The position numbers and the translations under genes were made by a program. Positions 28,200 through 41,626 of a stretch of DNA of 64,000 bases are shown one piece after another. The notes beneath the pieces are model-generated. The model was not told the origin of the DNA and did not search any database. It was given only the letters and a program-made list of their open reading frames with translations. This stretch comes from Camelus ferus. Taxonomy: Eukaryota. Each line of letters starts with the position of its first letter. The first letter of the stretch is position 1. The stretch covers positions 12,712,001-12,776,000 of the forward strand of contig NC_045698.1 of the NCBI RefSeq assembly GCF_009834535.1. Direction: 5' to 3'.

Positions 28200-28715
28200 T
28201 GTGATGGCATCTTCAAAGATGGCCACCAAAGATTTCTTCACCCTTGGTACACATTTATCACTCCTCACATCAAGAGGTCGAGCCTACTTGCCCTCTCTGA
28301 ATCTGTGCTCCTTTTGACTGGCTTTGACTATCAGAATGCAGCAGAAGTGAAATTCTACCTCAGGATGCAAGAGGTCCATAACTTTTTCTTCCTGCTTCTT
28401 GGAATCCAGCTACCTTCTAGTGAGAAACTCATTCCACATAGAGATTCAGCATGGAGAAGAATCCTTTGACTGACAGTTCCAGTGACCTCCTGGGCAACAA
28501 CCAGGCAATTTTCCAGCATATGAAGGAACCAGACCAGTCAAAACCAGTCGAGACCAGTTGAGACCACTCGAGACCAGTCAAGACCTCAGGCAATTGCACC
28601 TCCATTAGTGATCATGAGAAGGATCTCGTCCCAATGATGAGATCTCTCAGAATCATGAGAAAATAGAGTGGTTAATATTATGTACCAAAAAGCTTTTGAG
28701 ACCATTTTTTGAGCA
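28200..28715 (+). mobile_element. MaLR LTR (MLT1F/G/H-like)
   Basis: tgtgatggcatcttcaaagatggccacc ... catcaagaggtcgagcct ... tgactggctttgactatcagaatgcagcagaagtga ... cagaatcatgagaaaata. Confidence 0.75.
28531..28585. repeat. 10-bp tandem repeat (about 5.5 units) inside the MLT1
   Basis: agaccagtca/aaaccagtcg/agaccagttg/agaccactcg/agaccagtca/agacc. Confidence 0.9.
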
Positions 28716-28739
28716 ATGAGCACTGCTCTAAGTCAAACA

Positions 28740-28915
28740 CCTGTTTTGTGACACTGGTTCAGCTTTTTAACTGCCTTCATCTCTCCTTTCATGGTTTGTA
28801 AAATGGGAGGGAGACACCTTACTGAATTAATATGGTTGTTGTGATTCAATAAGACAATGATAGAGAGTTCCTTGTGCAGTGCCTGGCATAATGTAGGCAA
28901 TCAATTTAAGCTTAT
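28740..28915 (+). mobile_element. MIR SINE
   Basis: tgtaaaatggg ... ggttgttgtgattcaataag ... cagtgcctggcataatgtagg. Confidence 0.7.
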
Positions 28916-29454
28916 TTGAGTGAATAGTAATCTTTGCTAAGTTATAAAGAAATGTCCAATTGGAAAGAAAATAAAATAATGAAATTTTTGTAATCAGAAA
29001 GTGCAAATTTATGTGACAGAATACATCTCAATTCTGTACCTTATTGCCTTGAAAGTAGGCTTCCTTTTTGCCATTGCATTTTGAGTTTCTTCAGCCAGCT
29101 CCCTTTTCATCTTTGCATTCATCTCAACATATTTTCTTCTATGAATTCCCACTCCAGTTTTATGTAACACATCTATTCTTGTATCTTAGTGAGAACACTG
29201 AGAGGATATTCTCTTACTAATTCTTCAGCTTGCAATAATTTTTTCAGATGTATTCTCCTTTTCCATTAGGTGCAGGATTTTTCACAGACCTCAAACATAA
29301 TTGTTCATTTATTAATTCAACACAACATTTAGTGTGCACCAACTGTATGCTGGTCACTAATTAGATTTAATTTCCTGCTGCACACACCTAATCTCTCACT
29401 AGCCATCCATTCTATTTTTCAGATCAAGGTAAATTATACTAAGAATATAATTTG

Positions 29455-29550
29455 TAACAAACTGTAGCCCATGAGTCACATCTGGCCCACTATCTGTTTT
29501 TGTCAATAAAGTTTTATTGGAACAGAGGCACATTTATTTGTTACATATAA
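29455..29550. mobile_element. MER58-like fragment (hAT-Charlie)
   Basis: caaactgtagcccatgagtcacatctggcccactatctgtttttgtcaataaagttttattggaacag. Confidence 0.75.
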
Positions 29551-30004
29551 CTTTAAGTGTAATTTGAATGTCAGATGACAGTGAGCCCCCATCCTCCAAA
29601 TTGGCAAAAAAATAGGTGAACAAAATGGTGCAAAAAGAATGAACCTTGCAAAGTATTCCAGCTTGATCCTTTTCTCCATTGTCCATCATGCACCATTCTC
29701 CTTTGGTGACTGCAGTAAACATTTATGATATTCTATTTCAAGTATCCTGTATTTTCTTTCAATATTTTATGGCCGTACTAAATTTATTTTTTTCAACTTG
29801 TTTTTTTATTAGCTCACATAAACTTGTTCTCATTGTTCAACTGATGTGTTCTATTTACAAAATTATTTGGCTATCTTATATTGGATGAAATATATCATAC
29901 TTCTTTCCATTAAGATAAATGGAACATTTTTTATTTGGTGTTTTTTTACTTGGTGGCAGAGATTTCAGAAATAAATCAAGTTGGGCTATTGAGGGATATG
30001 AATA

Positions 30005-30240
30005 TTGCATTGGTGTTAAACACATAGACTCTGGAGTCAGATTTCTAAATTTGAATCCCAGACTTTCTACTCAGAAATTATCCCCTTTTCTGAACTGAGT
30101 TAGTTATCCTTTCTCTGCTTCAGTTGTTTCATCTGTAAAAAAATGGAAAATATCTCATAGAGTTGTGACAAATGAGATCATACACATAAATTGTTGGCAA
30201 TGTTTGATACACAGTAATCATTGGACAAATATTAGTTTAA
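30005..30240 (+). mobile_element. MIR SINE
   Basis: gactctggagtcaga ... ttgaatcccagactttctact ... cttcagttgtttcatctgtaaaa. Confidence 0.8.
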
Positions 30241-31995
30241 AACAACTCATTTAGGTGAAAATGTACCATTAGTAAAGAGAACAATGATTAAATTTATAAC
30301 CTAGAATAAAATATATTTTTTATTATTTAGAAATCCTATGAAGACTTGAATGTTGCTGTTCACATGGTGTCTACTTTCTCTCATTGGAGGCTTGCAGTGA
30401 GTTCATAGCCCTGATGACATTTTTCTGGTTGTAGAATGTGTACATTTACACTCAAAATTGTAGAAACTAACCAGGCTGGTACTGGAAGAAATCTTAGACA
30501 GACTATTTAGACTACTATTTAGTTCTCATTTTAAAGATTGGTAAATGGAGAACTCAAGGTTCAATGACTGACCTGAAACTCACAAAGGTATTTGGTATCA
30601 GAACTTGGATGAAATGTATGTCTTTCATCTGCCTAAGTCTAATTCTAAATGTTACTTATCATGACAAGAGGGAAATCAGTGAAGAATATGGCACTTTCAA
30701 AATTTTAGACTAAAGAAATGAACCTAAGCTTTCACTATAGACAAATGTCTCTGTGATATTTTAAATGACATTTATTTATTTATTTTCGTTTTTGGGGATC
30801 TAATGGCTAATCTATCTCTTTTGAAGGGAAAAAGTGGCCAGCTTCTTACTGTTTTCCTATAATCTTTTTTTTTTTTTCTCTTTCATCTCCTTCCTTTGTT
30901 CTCTGTTGCTTGCTTTGTAAGGCATGTCATTAATTGTTGGTATGGGTTCTAGATTTAAGAGAGAATCATCATGGGCAGGTCAAGGAACTGAAAATCTCAG
31001 TGTTTAGGAAGCCAATTTTTAATCAAGTGGGAAAAATCAAAACACATTTGAACTTAAAGATGTCTAAATTTTTTGTCTCATTGATTTGATTTTGAGAAAT
31101 TTGATGAGCTGAAAATGGAATACGAATGGTTCATTGGATTTGGGTAGAACTGTATTTGTTGTCTGAGATGACTTCTCTTTCACTTAAATTGTTTTCAACT
31201 CTAGAAAATTTATACAGGAAAGAAAGCAGTTGACTATGTAGGATCATTGGAACTAACCTGCAAATTAACACCTGTATCTCTCAGCATGGATGTTGCAAAT
31301 AATAAGTCCCACTCTAGCTGGTTAAAGCAGGAGGGGATTTATTGGAGGGTACAGGGCAGCTTAGGTAATTTCCAGGAGTGCCAGATAAACAAGCTTGTAT
31401 GCGACACCAGGACATGGGACTCTTCAGGTGGAAATCCACTGCGAAGACTGTGACTGCTTGACACTCGTGAAAGTAGGGACTGAACCTTAAAAATCCTCTG
31501 TTGTTACTGCCACAGAAGACCACAGGTAACCCTGAGGTTCATACTGCGGGCCTCCATCTTCTGAATCTCAGTGGCTGTGTCTGCCAGTATATGTTGGTTC
31601 CTATGTAGAATCCTCACTTCAGGGGAGACTGAAATCCTCCAGGCTCTGATTTATATAGGGAGGCATGCCATAAAGAGATTGAGATGGGATTGACCCCAGC
31701 ATTGTTGAGGTTGCTTAAAAGTGGGACAATAACTCTTATATTTTGTCTGGAAAGGAGAATGGGCCCTAAGCATCCCCTGTATCCTCTGTGACTATGTTAG
31801 CATGGACAGGTTTATTAGAACATACATTATTTTGGAAGGGGGAAGTGATGGAGAAACTAAGAAAATACACTTTGTATAAAATATACTTTGAATGGGAATA
31901 GGAGAAAAAATCTAAGTTGAATTATATAACTTGGTTCATATTCAACCAATTCTACTTTAATTCTAGATGACTCTGATGCGAGGTTAGAATACATG

Positions 31996-33042
31996 CAGTC
32001 CTTAGTTTGCATATCTCCAATACGCACAAGTTTCAGTTGCCACAATCTTGTTGAATAATACAACATGGTTCAAATTTCAATTACTATGGTGTGTTAACTG
32101 CGTGTCGTTGCGTGAAGTATAAACTTCACCCCTAACTCTTCGGTCTGCAAATCACTGGTAAATAACAGATGTGTGTCCTGATCAATGACCAATCATATCA
32201 CCTGTAAAGTCTGTTGGCGATTGGCTGCTGGGCACCAGTTATTTGTTTCACATACCGAGAGCAGAGCGTGCAGTCATGTTGCTTCCTTCTGTGACAAACC
32301 TACGTGACATTTCACGAAGGCAGACAGCGGGAAGAGGAAACTGGCCAACAAATATGAAAGCCCAGGGGAGAAACAAAAAGTGATGACGCTGAGAGTGAAA
32401 TTCACATTGAAAGTAGATGGAGCTATAGAAGGACCAGCTGAACATGGAAACGCTGACATCCCTACCATTTGAGAGACTCTAGATGAGCAGCCCGAGGAAT
32501 GTGGTGATGAAGAACTTACTGACAGGGATGAGGAAAGTAGCCTGATGAAAAGGATGGGGATGTCTCAAAGGAAGTGATGCGGGCAAAAAACTTCACATTA
32601 GAGGAATTTTTGGAGATATCTCATGACATGAAAATGTAAAGGAAGAAATGTTGAAAGCTAATATAAATTTAGAAAAGAGTATGACAATTCACCAAGGCAC
32701 AGAAGAAATGATTACTCCATACTGTGAACCATATGATAAGGAAAAGGCAATGGAGGTTCAAACCACCCTTGAGAAGTTTTTGTTCTTGTTGTAAAGAAAT
32801 AAAACATTTTACTCTTCATGTTTCTAATGTTTCCAATTATTGTGCATTAAATAAATATTAGTTTTACTATTTTCCATTTTCATATACATTTATAACCCAC
32901 AGAACATTTTAAATATTTTGACACAAATTTTTAAAGGTTATGGAAATTGGTAATTTCCCCACTGATTGGTGAGATCTCATTGTGGGGTTTCAGCTTGCCT
33001 AGTTATCTATATGCTCCATACTACCACGCAGAAAGAGGACTG
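31996..33042 (+). mobile_element. Internally deleted Tigger (pogo-like Tc1/mariner) transposon
   Basis: TIR ends cagtcct ... aggactg. Transposase remnants read EKQKVMTLRVKF (N-terminal HTH-like), KNFTLEEFLEISHDM and QTTLEKF (C-terminus), and no DDE domain is visible. Confidence 0.8.
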
Positions 33043-33451
33043 TCTACTTAAAATGAGGGCATGCGAACATTTCAGGTTCCCACCTAGAAAGACAGCACTT
33101 CCTGGCTAAGAGGTGTATTGCAGTTTAAGACTCAATCTTGAAAATCATGGAGTCACTGCTTGTCCAAAGAGCCGTGAAATACAAATTAGAAAAAAGAAAA
33201 CTGTGCTCATTATGATGTTGTCAATGGAGATGGCATCCATCGAGATAGAGCGCTGTTGTGCAGTGCACAGGACAGTGACGTATGGGTGGTCTGGGCTAGC
33301 TTCAGGGAATCTCAATCCAGGTTACAAAAATAACAACACAGGTAGCTGGATCACAGGAGCTGAGGAGAGGAATCTATCACTATCAACAGAGCAGGAATGG
33401 AAAGCTTCAAGGTGGACATAGCTGTTCACCAGTGTCATGAAGGTTAAACAT

Positions 33452-33680
33452 CAGGGCCGGAATTAGGGGGAGGCAAAGAGGGACAAGTCATGAGAATGCA
33501 GGGTCAGATCCAGTCTTCATTTACATTTTTGATGTTTTATTCATCACAAATTTTTTTGCATTAATTTTGATTTTTAAAAATATTGCAACTGAATGTCATT
33601 TAGTTTGATTACTGAGTTTTTTGGGGAACTTCCTCCACATTTTGTGAGAGCCTCACTAACTTCATTGTATTCCTCACCAT
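33452..33680. mobile_element. MER96B-like hAT element
   Basis: cagggccggaattagggggaggcaa ... gggtcagatccagtcttcattt ... ttttttgcattaattttgatttttaaaaatattgc ... gattactgagtttttt. Confidence 0.75.
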
Positions 33681-33980
33681 AGAATTTGTGAGGCAACTTT
33701 ATACCTGCAAATGCTGATTTTCCATAAAAAGCAAAGAAAGTAGCATGGCCAGGATTTCAGGGACTGGGGAGAGAGAATTCCATTATTTTTCCTGATGTGC
33801 TTTGTTGCTATGAATTTAAAACACAGGCAGTGTTCATAGTTCAGTTTTTGCTACAAGTGACAGGAAACAGTAATAGTCCTTGAATATCTGTCAGCACTTG
33901 AATATTTGACTATAAGTTTATGACAAGCTAAGTGAGAGTTTTGTTTTATTTAGAAATTCAGATACATCTTGACACCCAGG

Positions 33981-34166
33981 TAGAGTTGCTGGACTTGACA
34001 AATGAAAAGATGGGTTAACCAGTTAAGCTTGAATTGCGATGAATAACTGATATTTTCTTAGTATAAGCATATTATACAAAGTATTTATAATAGACTTACC
34101 CTAAAAGTTCATTATTTATCTAAAATTCAAAATTAGCTGTGTCCTGTATTTTATCTGATAACCCTA
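33981..34166. mobile_element. MER53-like palindromic hAT MITE
   Basis: tagagttgctgga ... ccagttaagcttgaatt ... aattcaaaattagctgtgtcctgtattttatctgataacccta forms an imperfect long palindrome. Confidence 0.8.
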
Positions 34167-37100
34167 TACCCCATAGGATTATAACGGTTTAAGGAAAGTT
34201 AATTTCCATCTTTTGTCTTAGTTGTTATTCTGCAATGTTCAGGCCTCAACACATTAATGAAGATCACATATTAATGCGTTGAATGTGAAGTGATTTTGCA
34301 AACAGTAGATTTTTTAATATGTCCTTAATAAAATAGCTTCTTTCAATTAAATATGCTTCTCTTTTACTGTCCTTTAAATACTGTGACCTCTTTCCTCCTT
34401 TGGACTTCTAGCATGTCAAAATGAGGCTAGCAGGGGTCAGCCTTTGTCTTTTCATCTCATTCCTTTGACAGGTAAGAACAGAAAAGGAAGCCATGTGAGG
34501 CCAAAATATGAAACTGGGCATCCAGATTGCAACTTAGTGTTGCTTGTTCACTAGTGCTTGGTGTGTTGAAGCACTTACTTTCAAGCAACTTTCCTTTTCT
34601 AGATCACATAATGACACTAACCCCACTGTGTTTTGAAGTTATGGCGGGTTTTCAATCTTTCTATCATCTGTCTCTAGATCTAGCTAGCTGGTAATCAATT
34701 GTGATTAATTGGATGGCTAATAGCTAATTCAGCATTCAAATAGTGACAGGGTTAGGAAAATTGTCTTGTGTTAATCAACCATAGTGATTTACACTTTCTG
34801 TTTAGATCAGGGAAATCTTATTCTGCTATATTTTTCACTCTTCATTGTACTTTTGAAATAGGTTATTTCTTTTGCTTTCAAATTTTCCAAATGCTATCTT
34901 AATGCCGAAGCCAATATAAGGCATGGTGATAATTTGGGGAAGCCTGTCTTGGTGCCATCTTTCCTCTGATTGGTCCTCTTGCCCCAAATTGCCAGGCATC
35001 TTTCCTGCCTGGTAGGAAACTCATGCCATTTCAAGTCTACCTAGGCTGGTTCTTGCTATTTAAATATAGAACTCTGGAAATAGCCAACCCTTTGTCTTGC
35101 TCATTTTTTCTGATATTTTAATCATGGAGAGAAAAAAACACTCTTTCTGCTTATTTTGCAACCTGTTTTTTGTATTCTTAGAGCCAGTGGAGTCACTGGT
35201 TAAATCTATTGGACTGAGAGCTTGTCTAGTAGGGACAGAAGTAAATGCAGGATGTTTAACGACCCCTGGACCTGTCAAGAGCCCTGACAACATGCCAGGC
35301 ATGTTGTCATGCTGAGTGCTAAGGGTGCTAAGAATACAGTCCTGAATCCTTTGGTTCTAAAGAGTTTGTATCATTGTAGGAGAAATAAACATAATCAAAT
35401 AATTTGACTCTAATGTTGTTTAATGCTAGTGTTTTGCACAGAGAATTATGTGAGCTGAATTAGGGGTTCAAGGTCATTTTTTCAAGTAAGATAGGAAAGA
35501 AGTTAGTTACAGGTTCACACAATACCATTAAGTGATCTTTGTCTCATATCTGAATGTCAACAGTAAGGCTCAACACCATGCACTGTGAACATGGACCGAA
35601 ATCAAATTGCTTTGGCCGCTACATACCAAGAGGATAGGGGTGATTTAACCTCTTTTTCTTCTGACTGTGAGGAACTGAAGAGCCTTTCCTTCCCAGCCAT
35701 GGCCCTTCTCAATAGTCAGGGATGAGAAATAGAGCTCCAACTAAGAAGAGGCTAGTTGTGAGAGCGATTAGCTCTGGCAGGAGGCACTCAAGTTTGGCAG
35801 GTTTCCCAGCAGTCATGCAGTTCGGGAGCCAAGCAGAAACGTCCCACCAAGCTAAACACTAAGGACCTGTCACCATTCAACTGTCTGCCAGCAGTAAAAG
35901 TCAATGAGCTTTTGAGGGAGGTTGTTCCAGATTCTTGAACATCCTTAGAACAAAAAATATCAAATGTAGATAGTTTTTCTCTCTTTGAAAGCATCATTTT
36001 TTTTTCCTTAGCAGAAACCTGGGCAATTTTTAAAAACATTTTTTTTTCAAAAAGCAGAGAGAAAAATAAGACAGAGGGAATATATGATAGCTTAAGCCTA
36101 ATGATTGTAAAATATTTGATGGTATTTAAAAAATTGAAACCTTATTTAAAGGAAGGGGTGAGCCCTGGGATGAGGGCTGTCTTCACAGTCCTCACAGAGG
36201 TAATTTCGCTCCTCTCTGAACCTGACTTTGCAGTCCTGGCCGTGGCAGTGAATTTTATCAGTAATAAATCAGGCTCCACTGTGGTTGCTGACTTTTCTGA
36301 AGTTGGTGCCCATAGGAGTGTGAGAAGACTGTTCTTTCTGAATCCAGGCAATTCAATTCAAAAAAACATTTGTTGATTACTTCTGTATACTATTTACAGT
36401 AATTGGGGTAATGGATTTCAAGGGGAAGGGGAATAATTCTGAGACTGTTAATTCATACTTTTTGGGTTAAATCCAGGACAACACCTGGAGAATCCATAAC
36501 TTGTGTTGGGTGAGGGATTTATTCTGAATCCTTGAAAATGACTATGCTGAATGTGATTTTTCTTGAAATACTTTGGCATAGTCAGTGGGAGGCACACACA
36601 GAGACACACACAATATATTCTGTCTCTTGGGTCAGTCCGTTGACATTTGTAGTGCTCTAACCAGAAATACATACCCCAGAAGTTGACGTTTAGCATTTAA
36701 AAAAGTAATCAAAGCCCAGTAGGTCTCCAGAGGTGGCTGGTAAAAGTGTGCCAGCTAACGTCCTTTCTGATCAATCCTAGAAAGTTTAAAAAATATTGCA
36801 TAGTGGGTGTCAGTGAAACAATTCAATTCATGTTGGGGAAACAATTCATGTGACAGGAAACTTCATTTAGTTTGCAGAACTGGTACATGACTCTATGTGT
36901 GAATGGATATGGAACCAATTTTGCCTTCTTGTATGCATGGCTAAATTTTATCAGAGGCTTCTTTTACTGTAAGCTACCCTATGGTCGTAACATTTCAGGA
37001 GAGACATCCAGTAGCCTGCATGAATGAAGTGAACTCTGTGTTGGTGACCAGCAATAGCTAAAAAAATAAATCTGATATTCATGAATGGCTTTTGGATAGC

Positions 37101-40100
37101 TCCCAACAGTGTGTTTGCTGTGTCAACAAATGCTTAATAGGGTTTTCTCCTTCAGTAGCACTGGAGGGAGAAGGGCTTTGCTAATTAGAAGGCGGACTGG
37201 AGAATATGATGTGATATAGCTCTAATTATTTTTTCTTTACCTTTAGATGGGATTTCTAACAGGTATTTGGTGTTTGAAGAATTTTCAAAAGAATTTTCCT
37301 TTTTATGCTTCATTTCTTATGGCACCTTTTCTCTGGGACCAATGTCAGAGAAGAGTATTTTGCAAGAAAATTCTGTTGCTATGATTAAAAGAAACCTTCA
37401 CAACATATAAAAGCAGTTTTATGTGGAAGAAGGCTGGTGCTGAAAGTGAGGTCAGGCAAAGGCTGGGAAATATTTCCCCAAACCTACGTAAAGGACATGT
37501 TAAAAAATCTTATCTGCAAACTTCTCTGGATTTAAATACACATAGTAGACATTTATTTGGTGACAAAGTAAAATGATGTTCTGCAGACTTTACATGAAAA
37601 TCAGAACATTTTGCTTATAGTCTAACTATATAGTGTCTTTAAATAGTAATGAAGACACCGAAAAGAGGACAGAAGAAAATTGCTTGGTTAAAATATATTT
37701 CTTTTTTTTTTTTTTTCCCCAGAACTCTTGCTCTTTTGCTTGTATGTTGAGTGGGAGGACTGAGTTTCCAGGAAATGATCACAACATTCTCTTCCATTGC
37801 TTGAGGGTGACGCTTATGCTCCAATGCCATTAAATAAGAAATGACTTACCATGTGTGCTTTCACTTCTTCCAGAAAATGAATTTTATCAGCACCTAACAT
37901 TTGTACCTAACACATTTGCAACCACTTCATTTGTTGGAAGCAGGTAATAAAAATGAGATTTCCTTTAACACAATGATATTCTGACATTCGTAAAATTGAA
38001 GTATGGAATCAGTCAGCCAGCTTAGGAGAAGGCCACTTGACAAATGATAAAAGTTTAAATAACACAAAGTGCGGTGTCAAAGTTGTTCAAGTAATGATAT
38101 GCAAATTTCTACTGAAAAGGTAGGGAGAAAAAGACAATTCTTTTTACTGGGATGTACCCTACGGAGCCCACGTTCTGTAGGACTAGTTTGGATAAGGCCA
38201 ATGAAAACCCACAGTTGGTACCATCTAACTTACTCTGAAAAATTTGTAACAAATTGGGACTCAGAGAAAAATTCGTTCTACAGGAACCATAATGAAAGTG
38301 GGATAATTGGTTTTTGTTCTTTAAATAGAGTAAATTTAAACAGATTCTATCACCCCAGGATAGAAGACTGTTAGACTAATAAACTATTGGTTAAATAATA
38401 AATCAAGTTCAAATAAATGGATCCGATTTCTATAATTTTCTTCTAATTAAATTAATGTCACATTTATCTTTATGACCTTGCAGCTATATCTTTAAATTGA
38501 ATTTGTGGGAAGCAGAAAATATTATATTTTTTCCTACAGAGCCTTTTATCAATTGTCTTTATTTCCACTTTTTGCTAATGAAATGGTAATGACAAGACAG
38601 TTCAAGAGACAGTGGCTCACTCATAATTGAATATATATATTTTTCAACACAAAAATGAGTAACATCTGAAGGTCAGTGGCTCAGGATAAAGCAGCTCATA
38701 ACTTACAGATTTTTGTAACGCCTTATGAGAAAATTGTGCTACAAACACGGTTTTGTTTATTCTTCTTAGTTTCTTTTACTTGTTTCACTTTTGGATCACC
38801 TTTTATCTTTTTCAACTGGACCCTGATGTGAAATTGTTAATTTAAAAATAGCATAATTAAAACATAATGAGAAGTGATTGTCATGAACACCTCAGACCAC
38901 GACAGGCACAACTCATTATGCATGATTTTAATTTTTGTATTTCACTACTTCTCTCTGCCAACCAATATCACTGGCCATTTTCAAGTCCCGATGAGAAAAA
39001 AATAAGAAATTTGTATAGAAACAGCGTGTTTTACAACTAAAAAGAGATTTACAGTTTATCTGTTCCACCTTCCTTACTTAGCAGGTGAGAAAGTGAGGGT
39101 TTTGGAGGGTAAATGATATGCCGATCGTGACACAGGTCTTAGGCTCCTATTCTATTGCTGCTTTCCCTAACATTGTGTTCAATTAGCTTATTGTGTCCAA
39201 GAAACCCAAAAGCCCTTTGAGTACGTTGGTTGCTGGCTGTCCCCTATTTCTCCATCTGTGTGGGCATCTGTTCGGCATGCTTTGTGAGCCTTCCTAGGGA
39301 TCTGAATCCTTATTTCCCATCTGACTCTCTCTCTCTAAGCTGGCCAATCCACCCACTCGCTCAAAGGGCTGAATCCTAAGAATCACTTGGCTCAAGGGAC
39401 AGCAGAAGGTTTGCAGTGGCTGTGATTTCTGCTGGTACCACTAATTATTCTTGCCCCATGGCTCATGCACACAGGAATACACATTAGTTCTATTATTTAA
39501 CTATTGAAACAAATTATGTTTGAAAAATGATCTAAATGGTGTATATTTTTTTGCCCGCTTCAACAAAAGGGGGCCCTTCCATCCTCACTGCTAGATGGAT
39601 GCATTTATATAATCACATTGAAAGAATCCAAAACAAGGCATAAATCCAAACCTTAATTTTGATAGAGCTTGATCAAAGATAGAGTCTGAAAAATAAAATT
39701 AACTAAAGAGACTTTTAATTAAGAATTTTTTTTTGCCTCAGTTGTGATGAATTTGTAATCTTCATTCTCTTAGGAAATGAAGAAAATATAGACATTTGAA
39801 AGAACAGGAGCATATAGTTGACATATCATATTTAATTATCTTTAGCTTTTTATTTGCAAGGAAACAGGAATCCAAAATTATGTCATTTAACCATAGAAAG
39901 CAAGCATTAGGGACTTCTTATTTTTAGATTTCTCTCCTTTTTTCCTCTCTGTTTTTGGTGTGCATTCTTTCCAGATTTTGATACTGAAATATGCCAGCTT
40001 CATGAAGTAGATTTGTAATCCTCTCTTCTACCTCGATGAGGTAAACACAAATAAGAACAAACATCCAGCTTCTAGGAAATGTACCTACTTTGAATGGTTA

Positions 40101-41039
40101 TTATTAGAATACATGTATCCCTTGTAGTTCAAATGTATTCAGACTCTAAGTTCGGATAATGAGATTTCCAATAGTACGTTTAGATAACAAAGACCTTTGT
40201 GAATTATCTGAATCCATTCATGTCCTGAATTTTGGATACCAAGTAGTGAGAGTTTAGAAACTTAGGTATACCTACCTTTCTTCAAAGACGGCTATGTTAC
40301 CCACTTTATCTGAATCTATTCTGTTTCTAAGTTTGGAGAATGAGAGTTTTAATAGGAAATACTACCTGTATTTTTGAGTCTGTAAGGTTAGACCATTTCA
40401 CTACCAGGCTTCCCACGGACACTGGATGCCTTTTGTTATCAATCACCTAAAAAAGGAGTTTTGGGAGGACTTTAAATAGGGGTGAGGTAAAAAGCATCTT
40501 TTTTACTAGGGAGTTAGGGGTGAGTTTGCTTCTAGACTTTAAAGCATGAAAATGTCTGGAATAAATCCAGTGAAGGGAGAGCTGGGGGTGTGGGAGGAGC
40601 AGTGATATGACTTTATTTAAGTGAAAGAGGCTCCCAAGTGTAAGAGAGAGAGAAATGTGTCCGCAAGATTTGAGTCTGGGCTTGGACAAGAGTCATAAAT
40701 CATTCCTCTTACTCCATAACCTATCCACAGCCTCTGACCTCCAGCACAGCCTGTTAAAATTCATCATCTTATTTCTCTTGTAAATAAAGAGTTAAAAAGG
40801 GGCTCATTTCCATGTTCAGGCTGAAACCAACAAGGGCAATGTCTTACTCCCGGACTAGAGACAGGGATTCCTATTGCAATCACTGCATATAGATGGCAAT
40901 GTCCCAGAGTGTGATACTGTAAGAGGTATTGGCAGCAGAGGCAAAGGCCTGGCAGCAAGATATGCTGCCTTGAAGGGAAAACAGTAATGCTAACAAAAAT
41001 GCTAATGCTAATGTAAATGATGATGATGATGATGATAAT

Positions 41040-41280
41040 AATAAATGACTGAATATGATTAATGTCTATGTGCCTGGTCTTATTTTAAATCCTTTTCACG
41101 AATCATCTTTTTCTATCCTCATGACAACCTTATGAGTTACTATTATTATCCCCATTTTGCAGATAGAAGAATTAAGATGCAGAAGATTAAGGAAAGTCTA
41201 AGGTCACACAGCTAAAAAATGTCAGAGCCCGGCTTGGAGGCCAGGCCAATCTACCTGGAGAACTCTATTCCTAACTGGTA
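41040..41280 (-). mobile_element. MIR SINE
   Basis: cctcatgacaaccttatgag ... attattatccccattttgcagatagaagaatt ... aaggtcacacagcta. Confidence 0.85.
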
Positions 41281-41626
41281 TATTATTCTACAAACGGATT
41301 CCACAGAGCTAGGGGTTAGTTACATGAGAGCTAATATCTGGCAATAAAGCTGGCAGTCTTTTTTTTTTTTTTTAAAGAAGACATGGTCTTATTTATAATC
41401 CTATTTCCAAACAAGTAATGTTTGAGATACTTGGATCATACTGTATGTTCCTTACTGTAAATTTTATTGGTGTTAGTACTTAATTTCTTCAAGAAAATAT
41501 GATTTTTCTCTCAAGAAAGTCTTCAGGATATTGCAACTCATCTTTTAGTATAAAATCTATTGTGACATAGAAGGATAATGAGAAAGTTAATTTTACAGCA
41601 TTCACCTCTGACATGGTTTCCAAATT

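Noticed and set aside
28531..28585. CRISPR-like array
   Set aside because: The units are contiguous with no spacers, in mammalian DNA. It is a simple tandem repeat.
37844..37907. Minus-strand coding exon ending at ATG|GTAAGT (VQMLGADKIHFLEEVKAHM)
   Set aside because: The donor is good, but there is no polypyrimidine acceptor and the peptide is unrecognised.
39061..39090. Second recursive-site-like CAG|GTGAGA
   Set aside because: It lies in a MIR-like core (caggtgagaaagtgagg), which explains the motif.
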